Notes under the pieces: generated by a model
Database searches by the model: none
What the model was told of the DNA's origin: nothing
Seen by the model: only the letters and a program-made list of their open reading frames with translations
Made by a program: the position numbers and the translations under genes
Source of the DNA: Nitrospira sp.
GTDB lineage: Bacteria > Pseudomonadota > Gammaproteobacteria > Acidiferrobacterales > SPGG2
Assembly (NCBI GenBank): GCA_019456345.1
Contig: VRUB01000001.1
Span: 1 to 60,710 of the forward strand
Length of the DNA stretch: 60,710 bases
Direction: 5' to 3'
Shown here: positions 9,683 to 19,232 of the stretch, piece by piece
Position numbering within the stretch: the first letter of the stretch is position 1
How the letters are laid out: each line of letters starts with the position of its first letter

Positions 9683-10480
9683 TTATTCGATTCGATGCTG
9701 CGGTCGCGGCGTAAAATGCGCGGATTGCAAGTACAGCGATATCCCACCCAGCACCAGGAACAGGACCACCCACTCCCAATTGAAAGCGATGAAGGTGGGT
9801 AGCGACACCAGCATCAGGAGCACGGCCGTCAGGGACGCGAACGGCTGGAAGCGAAACACGGCCCCCGCCAACGTGGCAAGCAACAGAAAGGTCTGAACCA
9901 TGGTTACGTCGAAACTGAGGTCGGTCACCGCCGGAATGCTTTCCCACGCGATGTCGAAATCTGGAATGAGCTGGTCGTACCAGGGCGTTTGCTGGTCTGG
10001 TGCGACCTTCTTGATCGCCGGTACCCGCAGCCAGTCCAGCGGGTAGCGCGTGCCGCCTCCGATCAACAGCTTGAAGAACAGGGTCAGTATGAGGAAATTG
10101 ACCAGCGCTTGTGGCCAGCGCCAGTGACCGGGCGGCAGCATCCACAGTCCGCGGTGATAGGCCAGCGCGAGCGCCAATCCGGCGAACAGCGGTTGGTAGT
10201 AGTGCTGCGGCAGGCCCAGGCCCAGGTAACCCAAGGCGAGCACGGCTACGCCCAACGCCAGCGGCACTACAGGGTGGAGCGGCCGCGGCGCCCTACGGGG
10301 CCACGCCGGCGGCCCACCCGCCAGCCAGGCCAGCTGTGCCTCCACACGGGCGATACGCGCCTTGAGCGCATCGCGCTCGTCGTGATCCCCTAGTTGCGTC
10401 TGACCGCCCGTGCGCGGCCGCTGCCGGCCATGGCGCCGGCGGCCCCGGGGACGGCCATCGGATGTGCCCGCGTCATTCAC
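9683..10480 (-). CDS. hypothetical membrane protein with Arg-rich N-terminus
   Basis: 265-aa ORF with a GTG start at 10480. An Arg-rich tail and a short helical segment (ALKARIARVEAQLAWL) are followed by about 5 hydrophobic segments. No family recognised. Confidence 0.55.
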   Translation of the reverse strand: MNDAGTSDGRPRGRRRHGRQRPRTGGQTQLGDHDERDALKARIARVEAQLAWLAGGPPAWPRRAPRPLHPVVPLALGVAVLALGYLGLGLPQHYYQPLFAGLALALAYHRGLWMLPPGHWRWPQALVNFLILTLFFKLLIGGGTRYPLDWLRVPAIKKVAPDQQTPWYDQLIPDFDIAWESIPAVTDLSFDVTMVQTFLLLATLAGAVFRFQPFASLTAVLLMLVSLPTFIAFNWEWVVLFLVLGGISLYLQSAHFTPRPQHRIE

Positions 10481-10773
10481 GAATCGAATCCGGCAAATGG
10501 CTCACTTACCCCTCACTATAGCCAATTTGGCACAATTCTTGCTCGACAAGCCTATCAATCGAACCGCGCACCGGGTGAGCGCCCGGGCCGCTGCCGAGGC
10601 ACAAACTGCATGGCTATTCACCTGCTCATACGATATAGCCGCTGCCCGGGTGTGTCGCCTGCGTGCTCACGGGGCCCCTTGGCGCCCCAGCATCTGCCAG
10701 GGCTGACAGCTAGGTGTGGGTGACTATTATTTATTTAAATTTGACGTAATGCCGCTATTATTGAGTTGAGCAC

Positions 10774-11415
10774 ATGATGAAGATGAAGTCGATCACGGAT
10801 TGGGGGATGGTCGTCGGCGTGGCGCTGATGAGCTTCGGAGCCAATCTCTCTCGAGAGCTAGCGGAGAGCTGGGGCATTGACCGTCGTATTTTGCTCGGCG
10901 GCCTGGTGGCGCTGGTAGCTATCGCCCTTGTTCGTTATCTGAAGTTCACCCTGGTCCTGGTGGTCGCCATTCTGGCGATCGGTTCCAACCTGCCTGCAGG
11001 CATCGCTGCCGAGTTCGGTATTAACCGAAACATCATGACCTTCGCGTTGATCGCAATGGTGATCGTGTCGCTCGCTAGCCGATTTTTCAAGATGCCCACG
11101 GGCATCGTGAAACAGAAGACCACAACAAGTCGGTACGGTGCCGTGGCCCTGTTTAACGCTGTTGCCAAGGGTCAGCTGTCGGTCGCGCAATCATTAGTGA
11201 AGACGGGTGTCAATGTTAACGCCAAAACGCGCGACGGCACGACGCCGTTGATGGCAGCCGCACACAAGGGTTACTCAGATCTTGCCAAGATCCTGGTGGA
11301 CTGCGGTGCTGATATAAACGCCCGTGACCGCAAGGGTAACACCGCCATGGCGATCGCATTGAGGCACGGATTCACACGTACCGCCGAGTTGCTCAAGTTC
11401 GACGGCGCCAAGTAG
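10774..11415 (+). CDS. membrane-anchored ankyrin-repeat protein
   Basis: About 4 N-terminal hydrophobic segments, then ankyrin repeats (GVNVNAKTRDGTTPLMAAAHKGYSDLAKILVDCGADINARDRKGNTAMAIAL). Confidence 0.75.
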   Translation: MMKMKSITDWGMVVGVALMSFGANLSRELAESWGIDRRILLGGLVALVAIALVRYLKFTLVLVVAILAIGSNLPAGIAAEFGINRNIMTFALIAMVIVSLASRFFKMPTGIVKQKTTTSRYGAVALFNAVAKGQLSVAQSLVKTGVNVNAKTRDGTTPLMAAAHKGYSDLAKILVDCGADINARDRKGNTAMAIALRHGFTRTAELLKFDGAK

Positions 11416-11456
11416 CACCCTATCTTCCCGCGGTGCGGCGGATCTTGCTGGGGTGT

Positions 11457-12320
11457 TTAATTTAATGCCGAGGACAACAGGCGGCGGTACTTGCTGACCA
11501 GCTCGCCTTTCCCGCCCAGCAGGTCGAAAACGGCCAGCATATACTGGCGCCCGGCATCGTCGTGGAACCGCCGGGTGCGCTTAACAATCTCGAGCAGATT
11601 ACTCAGCGCCGACTCATAATCGTTGGCCAGCACCTGGCGGGCGCTGCGCTGGCTGCGCGCCTTGCAATCGTCGGGATCCGCCGCAATCATTTTTTCCAGC
11701 TCGTCGGCCGGTGGCGCGGTGGCGACGATACGGGCGAACCGGATGCGCCCGGCCAATGCCAGCGCCTCAGCTTCGGTCTTGGCCTTCGCAGACAGCATGC
11801 CGTGTACCGCTTGTGCCTCATTCAGCCGGGATTGCTCGACATAGATACTTGCCAGCACGAGCTTGGCACGATCGTCAGCGGGATCGGCATCTACGGCACG
11901 GCGCAGAAGACCCACCGCCTCGTCGTCGTGTCCGCTACGGTGGGCGGCTAGCGCCTTGTCCACAACCGCATCGGCGTCACGCGCAATGTAGGGATCGATG
12001 AAACGCCGGATGGCACTCTCGGGCTGGGCCCCCATGAACTCGGTCAAGCCTTCGCCATTGCGGAAGACCTTTACGGTAGGGAGACTGCGAATGGCGTATT
12101 GCGTGGCGAGCTCGCGCTCGACGTCGGTGTCGACCTTGGCGAGGAAAAACTTGCCGGCGTAGGCCTCGGCCAGCCGTGTTAGCACCGGCGTGAGCATCCG
12201 GCATGGCCCGCACCACCCCGCCCAGAAATCCACCAGCACCGGAACCTCGCGCGACTTCTCCAGCACCCGCTTGGAGAAATCATTTAGGGTAACATCCGCA
12301 ATGTGTGGTGATGTGCTCAT
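11457..12320 (-). CDS. ybbN: thioredoxin-domain protein with TPR-like C-terminal domain (YbbN/CnoX type)
   Basis: Trimmed to the ATG at 12320 (MSTSPHI...). It has a WCGPC active site followed by a helical TPR-like region of about 170 aa. Confidence 0.85.
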   Translation of the reverse strand: MSTSPHIADVTLNDFSKRVLEKSREVPVLVDFWAGWCGPCRMLTPVLTRLAEAYAGKFFLAKVDTDVERELATQYAIRSLPTVKVFRNGEGLTEFMGAQPESAIRRFIDPYIARDADAVVDKALAAHRSGHDDEAVGLLRRAVDADPADDRAKLVLASIYVEQSRLNEAQAVHGMLSAKAKTEAEALALAGRIRFARIVATAPPADELEKMIAADPDDCKARSQRSARQVLANDYESALSNLLEIVKRTRRFHDDAGRQYMLAVFDLLGGKGELVSKYRRLLSSALN

Positions 12321-12414
12321 TTGGGGCTTTTTAACGTCGCGGCAAACGCGCCGGCGAAAAAGAATCTGCGGCCGGCTTGCCAATATTTCAAGACTGGCGT
12401 AAATACAAGGCGGG

Positions 12415-12491
12415 TGGGCGCTCCCTAGGGGACTCGAACCCCTGTTACCGGCGTGAGAGGCCGGCGTCCTAGGCCACTAGACGAAGGGAGC
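12415..12491 (-). tRNA. tRNA-Glu (anticodon CUC)
   Basis: The reverse complement folds as a cloverleaf: acceptor GCTCCCT/AGGGAGC, anticodon stem CCGGC/GCCGG with loop CTCTCAC, T-arm AGGGG-TTCGAGT-CCCCT, and an encoded CCA. Confidence 0.9.
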
Positions 12492-12552
12492 AGGTGCGCG
12501 CGAACATGCACCGAGCATACGCGAAGAAAGCTATTATACGGATGGGTACAAT

Positions 12553-13881
12553 TTGAACAACAAAACGACTGGGTTATCGGCGGTTCGCACCGGGGATGGA
12601 GTGACCGCCCCCCTCAGCATCCCTTGTTCCGCACATCCCATCTCCCGTGCGCAGATTCATCGCAACGCACTGAAGGTCCTCAATATGCTAAAAGAGACCG
12701 GTTTCGTCGCCTATCTGGTCGGCGGTTGTGTGCGTGACTTGCTGCTCGGGCGCGAGCCCAAGGATTTCGATGTGGTAACGGACGCGCGCCCAGAGGAAGT
12801 GCGCAAGCTTTTCCGTAACGCGCGCCTGATCGGGCGGCGGTTTCGCCTGGCGCACGTCCGCTTCGGGCGCGAAATCATCGAGGTGGCGACGTTTCGTGCC
12901 ATCCCCAGAGAGGCGGACGCGCGCGAAGGGCGCACCGCCGAGGGCCGGATCCTGCAGGACAATGTTTTCGGGACCCAGGAAGAGGACGCGCTGCGGCGGG
13001 ATTTTACGGTCAACGCGCTCTACTACGATGTCCGCGACTTTTCGGTCGTCGATTATGTCAACGGCGTCCAGGATCTGAAGCAGGGGGTCCTGCGGGTTAT
13101 TGGGGATCCGGAAACGCGCTATCGCGAAGACCCTGTGCGCTTGCTGCGAGCTGTTCGTTTCGCGGCGAAGCTGGGGTTCAAGATCGAACCGGCAAGCGCC
13201 GCGCCCATTCGCGAACTCGGTTACTTGCTGCTTGACGTCCCGCCCGCGCGCATGTTCGAGGAACTCATCAAGCTGTTCCACGGCGGTTACGGGTTGGAGA
13301 CCTACGAGCTTTTGCGAACATATGACCTATTCAAGTACATTTTCCCCCTCACCGAAGAAGCGCTGAGCGCTGAGGAGCAAGGCTACCCGTTAACGCTCGT
13401 ACCGCGCGCCCTGGCTAACACCGATGCGCGTGTGCAGCAAGGAAAGCCGGTGACACCGGCATTCCTGTTTGCGGCGATGCTGTGGGAGCCGGTGCGCCGC
13501 CAGCTCGAAAGCCGGACTGCGCACGGCCATAAGCGATATGTCGCTTTTCAGCTTGCGGCGAATGACGTGCTTGCCGCGCAGGCGCAGCGCGTCGCGCTAC
13601 CAAGGCGTTTCAGTGTGATGGCGCGAGACATCTGGGCGCTGCAATCGAGGTTTGAGCGCCGCAGCGGCAAGCAGGCCCTTCGTTTCCTGGAGCACCGACG
13701 TTTTCGCGCCGCCTACGATTTCCTGTTGTTGCGGGTCGAAGCCGGCGAGGAGCGCCCCGAGCTCGGTGAGTGGTGGACCCAGATTCAGGAAGTCGACGAG
13801 GCAGGGCGCCGCGCGATGATTAATCAGCTTGCGCCCGCACACAAACGTAAGCGCAGGCGCCGCCAGAAGAGCCAACCATGA
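12553..13881 (+). CDS. pcnB: poly(A) polymerase I
   Basis: GGCVRDLLLGREPKDFDV nucleotidyltransferase motif, PcnB-like N-terminus (ISRAQIHRNALKVLNML) and a basic C-terminal tail. The TTG start at 12553 is uncertain. Confidence 0.88.
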   Translation: MNNKTTGLSAVRTGDGVTAPLSIPCSAHPISRAQIHRNALKVLNMLKETGFVAYLVGGCVRDLLLGREPKDFDVVTDARPEEVRKLFRNARLIGRRFRLAHVRFGREIIEVATFRAIPREADAREGRTAEGRILQDNVFGTQEEDALRRDFTVNALYYDVRDFSVVDYVNGVQDLKQGVLRVIGDPETRYREDPVRLLRAVRFAAKLGFKIEPASAAPIRELGYLLLDVPPARMFEELIKLFHGGYGLETYELLRTYDLFKYIFPLTEEALSAEEQGYPLTLVPRALANTDARVQQGKPVTPAFLFAAMLWEPVRRQLESRTAHGHKRYVAFQLAANDVLAAQAQRVALPRRFSVMARDIWALQSRFERRSGKQALRFLEHRRFRAAYDFLLLRVEAGEERPELGEWWTQIQEVDEAGRRAMINQLAPAHKRKRRRRQKSQP

Positions 13882-14411
13882 AGGAGCGCGCGCCACGAGT
13901 GATTCGGCGCGCCTACGTTGCGTTGGGCAGTAACCGCGGTGACCCCGTGGCCAAGGTTCAAGCAGGCATGACGGCGTTGGGGCAATTACCGCAGACCCGG
14001 GTGGAGCGCTGCTCTTCGCTTTACCGCACGGCGCCGATGGGCGCCGTGGTTGACCAGCCGGACTTTATCAATGCCGTGTGTCGCATCAAGACGGAGTTGG
14101 ACGCCAACGCATTGATGAAACGCCTGCTTGATATCGAGGCACGACACGGACGTGTGCGTGACGGAGAGCCCGGAGGCCCACGTACCCTGGACCTCGACCT
14201 TTTGATGATCGATCATCAGGTCATCGCCACGCCGGAGCTTACCTTGCCTCATCCAAGGCTCCACGAACGCGCGTTCGTCCTGTATCCTTTGGCCGAACTC
14301 GATCCGGACCTTGTCATTCCTGGTCATGGTGGCGTCACGGAGCTCCTGGGAGCGTGTTGCGGGCAACGTGTCCAGAGACTCGAGCCGGCAGCATCAGCTG
14401 ACAATCCATAG
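13878..14411 (+). CDS. folK: 2-amino-4-hydroxy-6-hydroxymethyldihydropteridine diphosphokinase
   Basis: HPPK motifs (AYVALGSN, RTLDLDLL, LPHPRLHERAFVL). It overlaps the pcnB stop by 4 nt, as in the conserved pcnB-folK pair. Confidence 0.9.
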   Translation: MKERAPRVIRRAYVALGSNRGDPVAKVQAGMTALGQLPQTRVERCSSLYRTAPMGAVVDQPDFINAVCRIKTELDANALMKRLLDIEARHGRVRDGEPGGPRTLDLDLLMIDHQVIATPELTLPHPRLHERAFVLYPLAELDPDLVIPGHGGVTELLGACCGQRVQRLEPAASADNP

Positions 14412-14468
14412 CACACCGCCCCGGCGCTGGGTGCGCCACGTTGATTAAATCTTAGGCTGCTGAAAGCA

Positions 14469-15113
14469 TTGAAGAGCGAAGCTCCCAGATACCTGGCGAT
14501 AGAAGGCGCCATCGGCGTGGGCAAGACTAGTCTGGCCCGCCGGCTGGCGGACGCCTTCGGCACCGAGCCGGTGCTGGAGCGACCGGAAGAAAATCCTTTC
14601 CTCGAGCGATTCTATCAAGCACGGGCACGCTTTGCGTTGCCGACGCAGTTATTCTTTTTGTTCCAGCGCGCGCGCCAGATACAGGCACTGAAGCAAAGCG
14701 ATATGTTTCGACCGGGTTACGTCGCGGACTTCATGCTTGAGAAAGATACGCTGTTCGCGCGGGCTAATCTTGCCGATGACGAACTCAGGCTGTACGAGCA
14801 GGTTTATGCACAGCTGCGCCTCGATCTTCCCGTTCCCGACCAGGTGATCTACCTGCAGGCACCTGTCGACGTACTAATGGAGCGAATCCGAAAACGTGAT
14901 TTAGGATACGAGCATCTGATCGACAGGGCCTATCTGCAAGACGTGGTCGATGCTTATACGCAGTTTTTCTATCATTACACGGCAGGACCTCTTCTTGTTG
15001 TCAATGCTGCCGAGATAAACTTCGTTGATAACGACAAGGATTTTACGGTTCTCGTAGAACATATCCGCAAGCATTGCAGCGGACGACATTTCTTTAATCC
15101 ACTGGCGACCTGA
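14469..15113 (+). CDS. deoxynucleoside kinase family protein
   Basis: P-loop IEGAIGVGKTSL, NPFLERFY and dNK-type lid region RIRKRDLGYE. TTG start. Confidence 0.82.
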   Translation: MKSEAPRYLAIEGAIGVGKTSLARRLADAFGTEPVLERPEENPFLERFYQARARFALPTQLFFLFQRARQIQALKQSDMFRPGYVADFMLEKDTLFARANLADDELRLYEQVYAQLRLDLPVPDQVIYLQAPVDVLMERIRKRDLGYEHLIDRAYLQDVVDAYTQFFYHYTAGPLLVVNAAEINFVDNDKDFTVLVEHIRKHCSGRHFFNPLAT

Positions 15114-15115
15114 CG

Positions 15116-15922
15116 ATGAAGCCTGTAACGATCGTATCCTTGGTCGCGATGAAAAACGCAGGTGATAAGATCACTTCCCTGACGGCATACGATTATAGTT
15201 TTGCAAATCTGCTTGATCGGGCGGGGATTGAGGTCATCATCGTCGGAGACTCGCTGGGTATGGTGTTGCAGGGCCACGACAACACCTTACCGGTGACGCT
15301 TAACGACATGATCTATCATAGCGCTTGTGTCGCGCGCGGATGCCAGCGCGCCCTGATCGTGGTGGACATGCCATTCATGACCTATCACGTCAACCGCGAG
15401 CAAGCACTGGTCAATGCGGGGCGCCTAATGCAAGAGGGACGCGCGCATATGGTGAAGATCGAAGGCGGAACTGAGATTGTCGATACCGTGCGATTCCTCA
15501 CCGAACGCGGGGTCCCCGTTTGTGGGCACGTTGGCCTGACGCCGCAGGCGGTGCATCAGCTGGGGGGTTACAAGGTCCAGGGACGTGATACGGAGTCGGC
15601 CGAACGCCTGCGCAGTGAGGCACGTGCCGTGCAGGATGCGGGTGCGGGCTTACTGGTGCTCGAGGCGATACCGCTCGGTCTTGCCAAGAGCATTAGCGCC
15701 GAGCTCGCGATCCCGACGATCGGGATCGGGGCCGGGCCTAGCTGCGACGGCCAGGTGCTGGTGCTGCAAGATATTCTCGGTATCTATCCGCGGCCAAGCC
15801 CGAAGTTTTCCAAGAATTTCATGCGCGAGAGCGACAGCATAAAGGGCGCGGTCAAGGCCTTCATTGCGGCAGTACGTGACGGGACCTTTCCCGGGCCGGA
15901 GCACAGTTTTCAAGATCGGTGA
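15116..15922 (+). CDS. panB: 3-methyl-2-oxobutanoate hydroxymethyltransferase
   Basis: KITSLTAYDY, VGDSLGMV and KIEGG motifs typical of PanB. Confidence 0.93.
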   Translation: MKPVTIVSLVAMKNAGDKITSLTAYDYSFANLLDRAGIEVIIVGDSLGMVLQGHDNTLPVTLNDMIYHSACVARGCQRALIVVDMPFMTYHVNREQALVNAGRLMQEGRAHMVKIEGGTEIVDTVRFLTERGVPVCGHVGLTPQAVHQLGGYKVQGRDTESAERLRSEARAVQDAGAGLLVLEAIPLGLAKSISAELAIPTIGIGAGPSCDGQVLVLQDILGIYPRPSPKFSKNFMRESDSIKGAVKAFIAAVRDGTFPGPEHSFQDR

Positions 15923-16257
15923 TCGGAGGTCGTTCTGTTAGCGGTGATACTAAGCGGAGCCTAACCCCAATATTCCACCACGGAGCGCGAAGCGCACGAC
16001 TCCAGGGACAGACGACTGCAGGAGCGGTTGCCGAGGTAGATCGCGTCGGGAACAGGCGATCGAGAGAACGCTGAGGCGCAGAGCACGCAGAGGTCGCCAA
16101 CATGTGTTGTATCCGGGTCTTGGCGCCTCCGGCATTCCCTCCGCGCCTGCCTGTGCGTCGCAGGCAGACAGGTTGCACACGGGCATCCTGCACAGGCCAA
16201 GAGCATACATATCGAAGTGCAAACACATGTGCGCTCAGTAAAATTGGTATGAAATTC

Positions 16258-16344
16258 TGGTGCCGGGAGAGAGACTCGAACTCTCATGAGGTTGCCCTCA
16301 CTGGATTTTGAGTCCAGCGCGTCTACCAGTTCCGCCATCCCGGC
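16258..16344 (-). tRNA. tRNA-Leu (anticodon CAA)
   Basis: The reverse complement reads GCCGGGATGGCGGAACTGGTAGACGCGCTGGACTCAAAATCCAGT...GAGAGTTCGAGTCTCTCTCCCGGCACCA. It has a long variable arm, an acceptor stem of 7 bp, and an encoded CCA. Confidence 0.9.
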
Positions 16345-16438
16345 GGCGGGCGGGTAGTATAAACAATTCTTCGCCGCAAGCGACACAACGGCTATCAAAG
16401 AGAAATCTGCTACCGGCTCTTGGTAACTTTCCCACTCG

Positions 16439-17500
16439 ATGCGAACCGCAGACTTCGATTACGATCTGCCGGAGGCCCTGATTGCGCAGTATCCGGCTGA
16501 GCCGCGCTCCGCCAGTCGCTTGCTGGCGCTAAACGGTCAGACGGGCGAGATCCGAGATCTGCGTTTTATTGACCTGGCGAACGTCTTGGGTCCCGATGAT
16601 CTGCTGGTGTTCAATAATACGCGCGTACTCCCGGCCCGGCTCTTCGGGCGTAAGGAAAGCGGGGGGCGCATGGAGGTATTGATCGAACGTATTCTCGATG
16701 CCCATCGAGTGCTGGCGCAGGTGCGGGTGAGCAAGCCGCTGCAAGCGGGTGGGCGGGTGCTGTTGGAAGAGGACGTGACGGCATGCGTTATCGCGCGTCG
16801 GGGTAGTTTTTACGAGCTTCGACTGGACTCTGCGGAGCCGGTGACGAGTGTCCTGGAGCGCATCGGGCATGTACCCTTGCCGCCGTACATCACCCGGCCG
16901 GACGCTGCCGTTGACCGCACGCGTTATCAGACGATCTACGCTGAGGTCCCGGGTGCCGTGGCGGCGCCCACCGCGGGTTTGCATTTCGATGATGCCATGT
17001 TCGCCCGACTGAGACCGGCCGGGGTGGAGACCGCGTTCGTGACGTTGCACGTCGGTGCGGGAACGTTCCAGCCCGTGCGCACGCATGACGTTCGTGATCA
17101 CCGTATGCACAGCGAGTATGTTGAGATCGACGAACACGTCACAACACGCATCGGCGCGGCCAGGGCTCGCGGTGGCCGTATCATAGCGGTGGGCACGACC
17201 GTAGTCCGTGTACTTGAAACGGCGGCACAACGAGGCCCGATCGATCGGTTTGCCGGCGAGAGCGATCTATTCATCTATCCTGGGTATCGGTTTCAGATAG
17301 TCGATGCGATGGTGACGAATTTTCATTTGCCCAGGTCCAGCCTCTTAATGCTCGTCTGTGCATTCGCCGGCACCAACCACGTCCTAAGGGCCTACCGCCA
17401 TGCCGTGGAGCATTGCTATCGTTTTTTCAGTTATGGTGACGCGATGTTTGTAACACCGCAAGAAACCAGTAACAAGTCGCACGTAGCAAGTGCCAAGTAA
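16439..17500 (+). CDS. queA: S-adenosylmethionine:tRNA ribosyltransferase-isomerase
   Basis: Full-length QueA-like translation (FDYDLPEALIAQYP...GTTVVRVLE...FFSYGDAMF). The last ~15 codons run into a simple-sequence motif. Confidence 0.93.
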   Translation: MRTADFDYDLPEALIAQYPAEPRSASRLLALNGQTGEIRDLRFIDLANVLGPDDLLVFNNTRVLPARLFGRKESGGRMEVLIERILDAHRVLAQVRVSKPLQAGGRVLLEEDVTACVIARRGSFYELRLDSAEPVTSVLERIGHVPLPPYITRPDAAVDRTRYQTIYAEVPGAVAAPTAGLHFDDAMFARLRPAGVETAFVTLHVGAGTFQPVRTHDVRDHRMHSEYVEIDEHVTTRIGAARARGGRIIAVGTTVVRVLETAAQRGPIDRFAGESDLFIYPGYRFQIVDAMVTNFHLPRSSLLMLVCAFAGTNHVLRAYRHAVEHCYRFFSYGDAMFVTPQETSNKSHVASAK

Positions 17501-17545
17501 CAAGCGATGAGCGAGAAATGACGGGGGAGACTGGGCAGTATTTAG

Positions 17546-18682
<1,137 letters not shown>

Positions 18683-18739
18683 GGGCGCGTTGCTTACGAT
18701 TAGCCACACAATGTCATCGAAAGTCTGAAAGGAAATGTC

Positions 18740-19078
18740 ATGAATCTATTGCTATCTGAAGCCTGGGCGCAGGATGCCGGTGGCGCCGGGGGAGGGCCTG
18801 GCTTTGGCCTGTTATTCTGGATGGTGCTGTTTTTCGCCATCTTTTACTTTATGGCCATTCGTCCGCAGCAAAAGCGCGCGAAGGAGCATAAGTCCATGGT
18901 TGCGGCGCTATCGAAGACTGACGAGGTCGTGACAAATGGTGGCACACTGGGACGGGTCACGCACGTGGGCGAGCAGTTCCTGACCTTGGAGGTCGCCGAA
19001 GGTGTCTCCATAAAAGTGCAAAAGGGCTCCATTGCCGCAATCATGCCGAAAGGCACGATCAAATCGACCTCGTCGTAA
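18740..19078 (+). CDS. yajC: preprotein translocase subunit YajC
   Basis: 112 aa with a single TM segment followed by RPQQKRAKEHKSM...GGTLGRV, and conserved tgt-yajC-secDF context. Confidence 0.9.
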   Translation: MNLLLSEAWAQDAGGAGGGPGFGLLFWMVLFFAIFYFMAIRPQQKRAKEHKSMVAALSKTDEVVTNGGTLGRVTHVGEQFLTLEVAEGVSIKVQKGSIAAIMPKGTIKSTSS

Positions 19079-19232
19079 CACCGGCGCCGGATACACGCAC
19101 AATCGTAGTCGTTGCGAAAGCGGCGTACTTGCCGCAACCGCCGACACGTGTGATTGACTGGGCTCTGAGTGGAAAGGTACGGATTGTTGTGAAAGATTGG
19201 TTTCGCAAAAGCGAAAGCGGGGCGCGGTCCCT

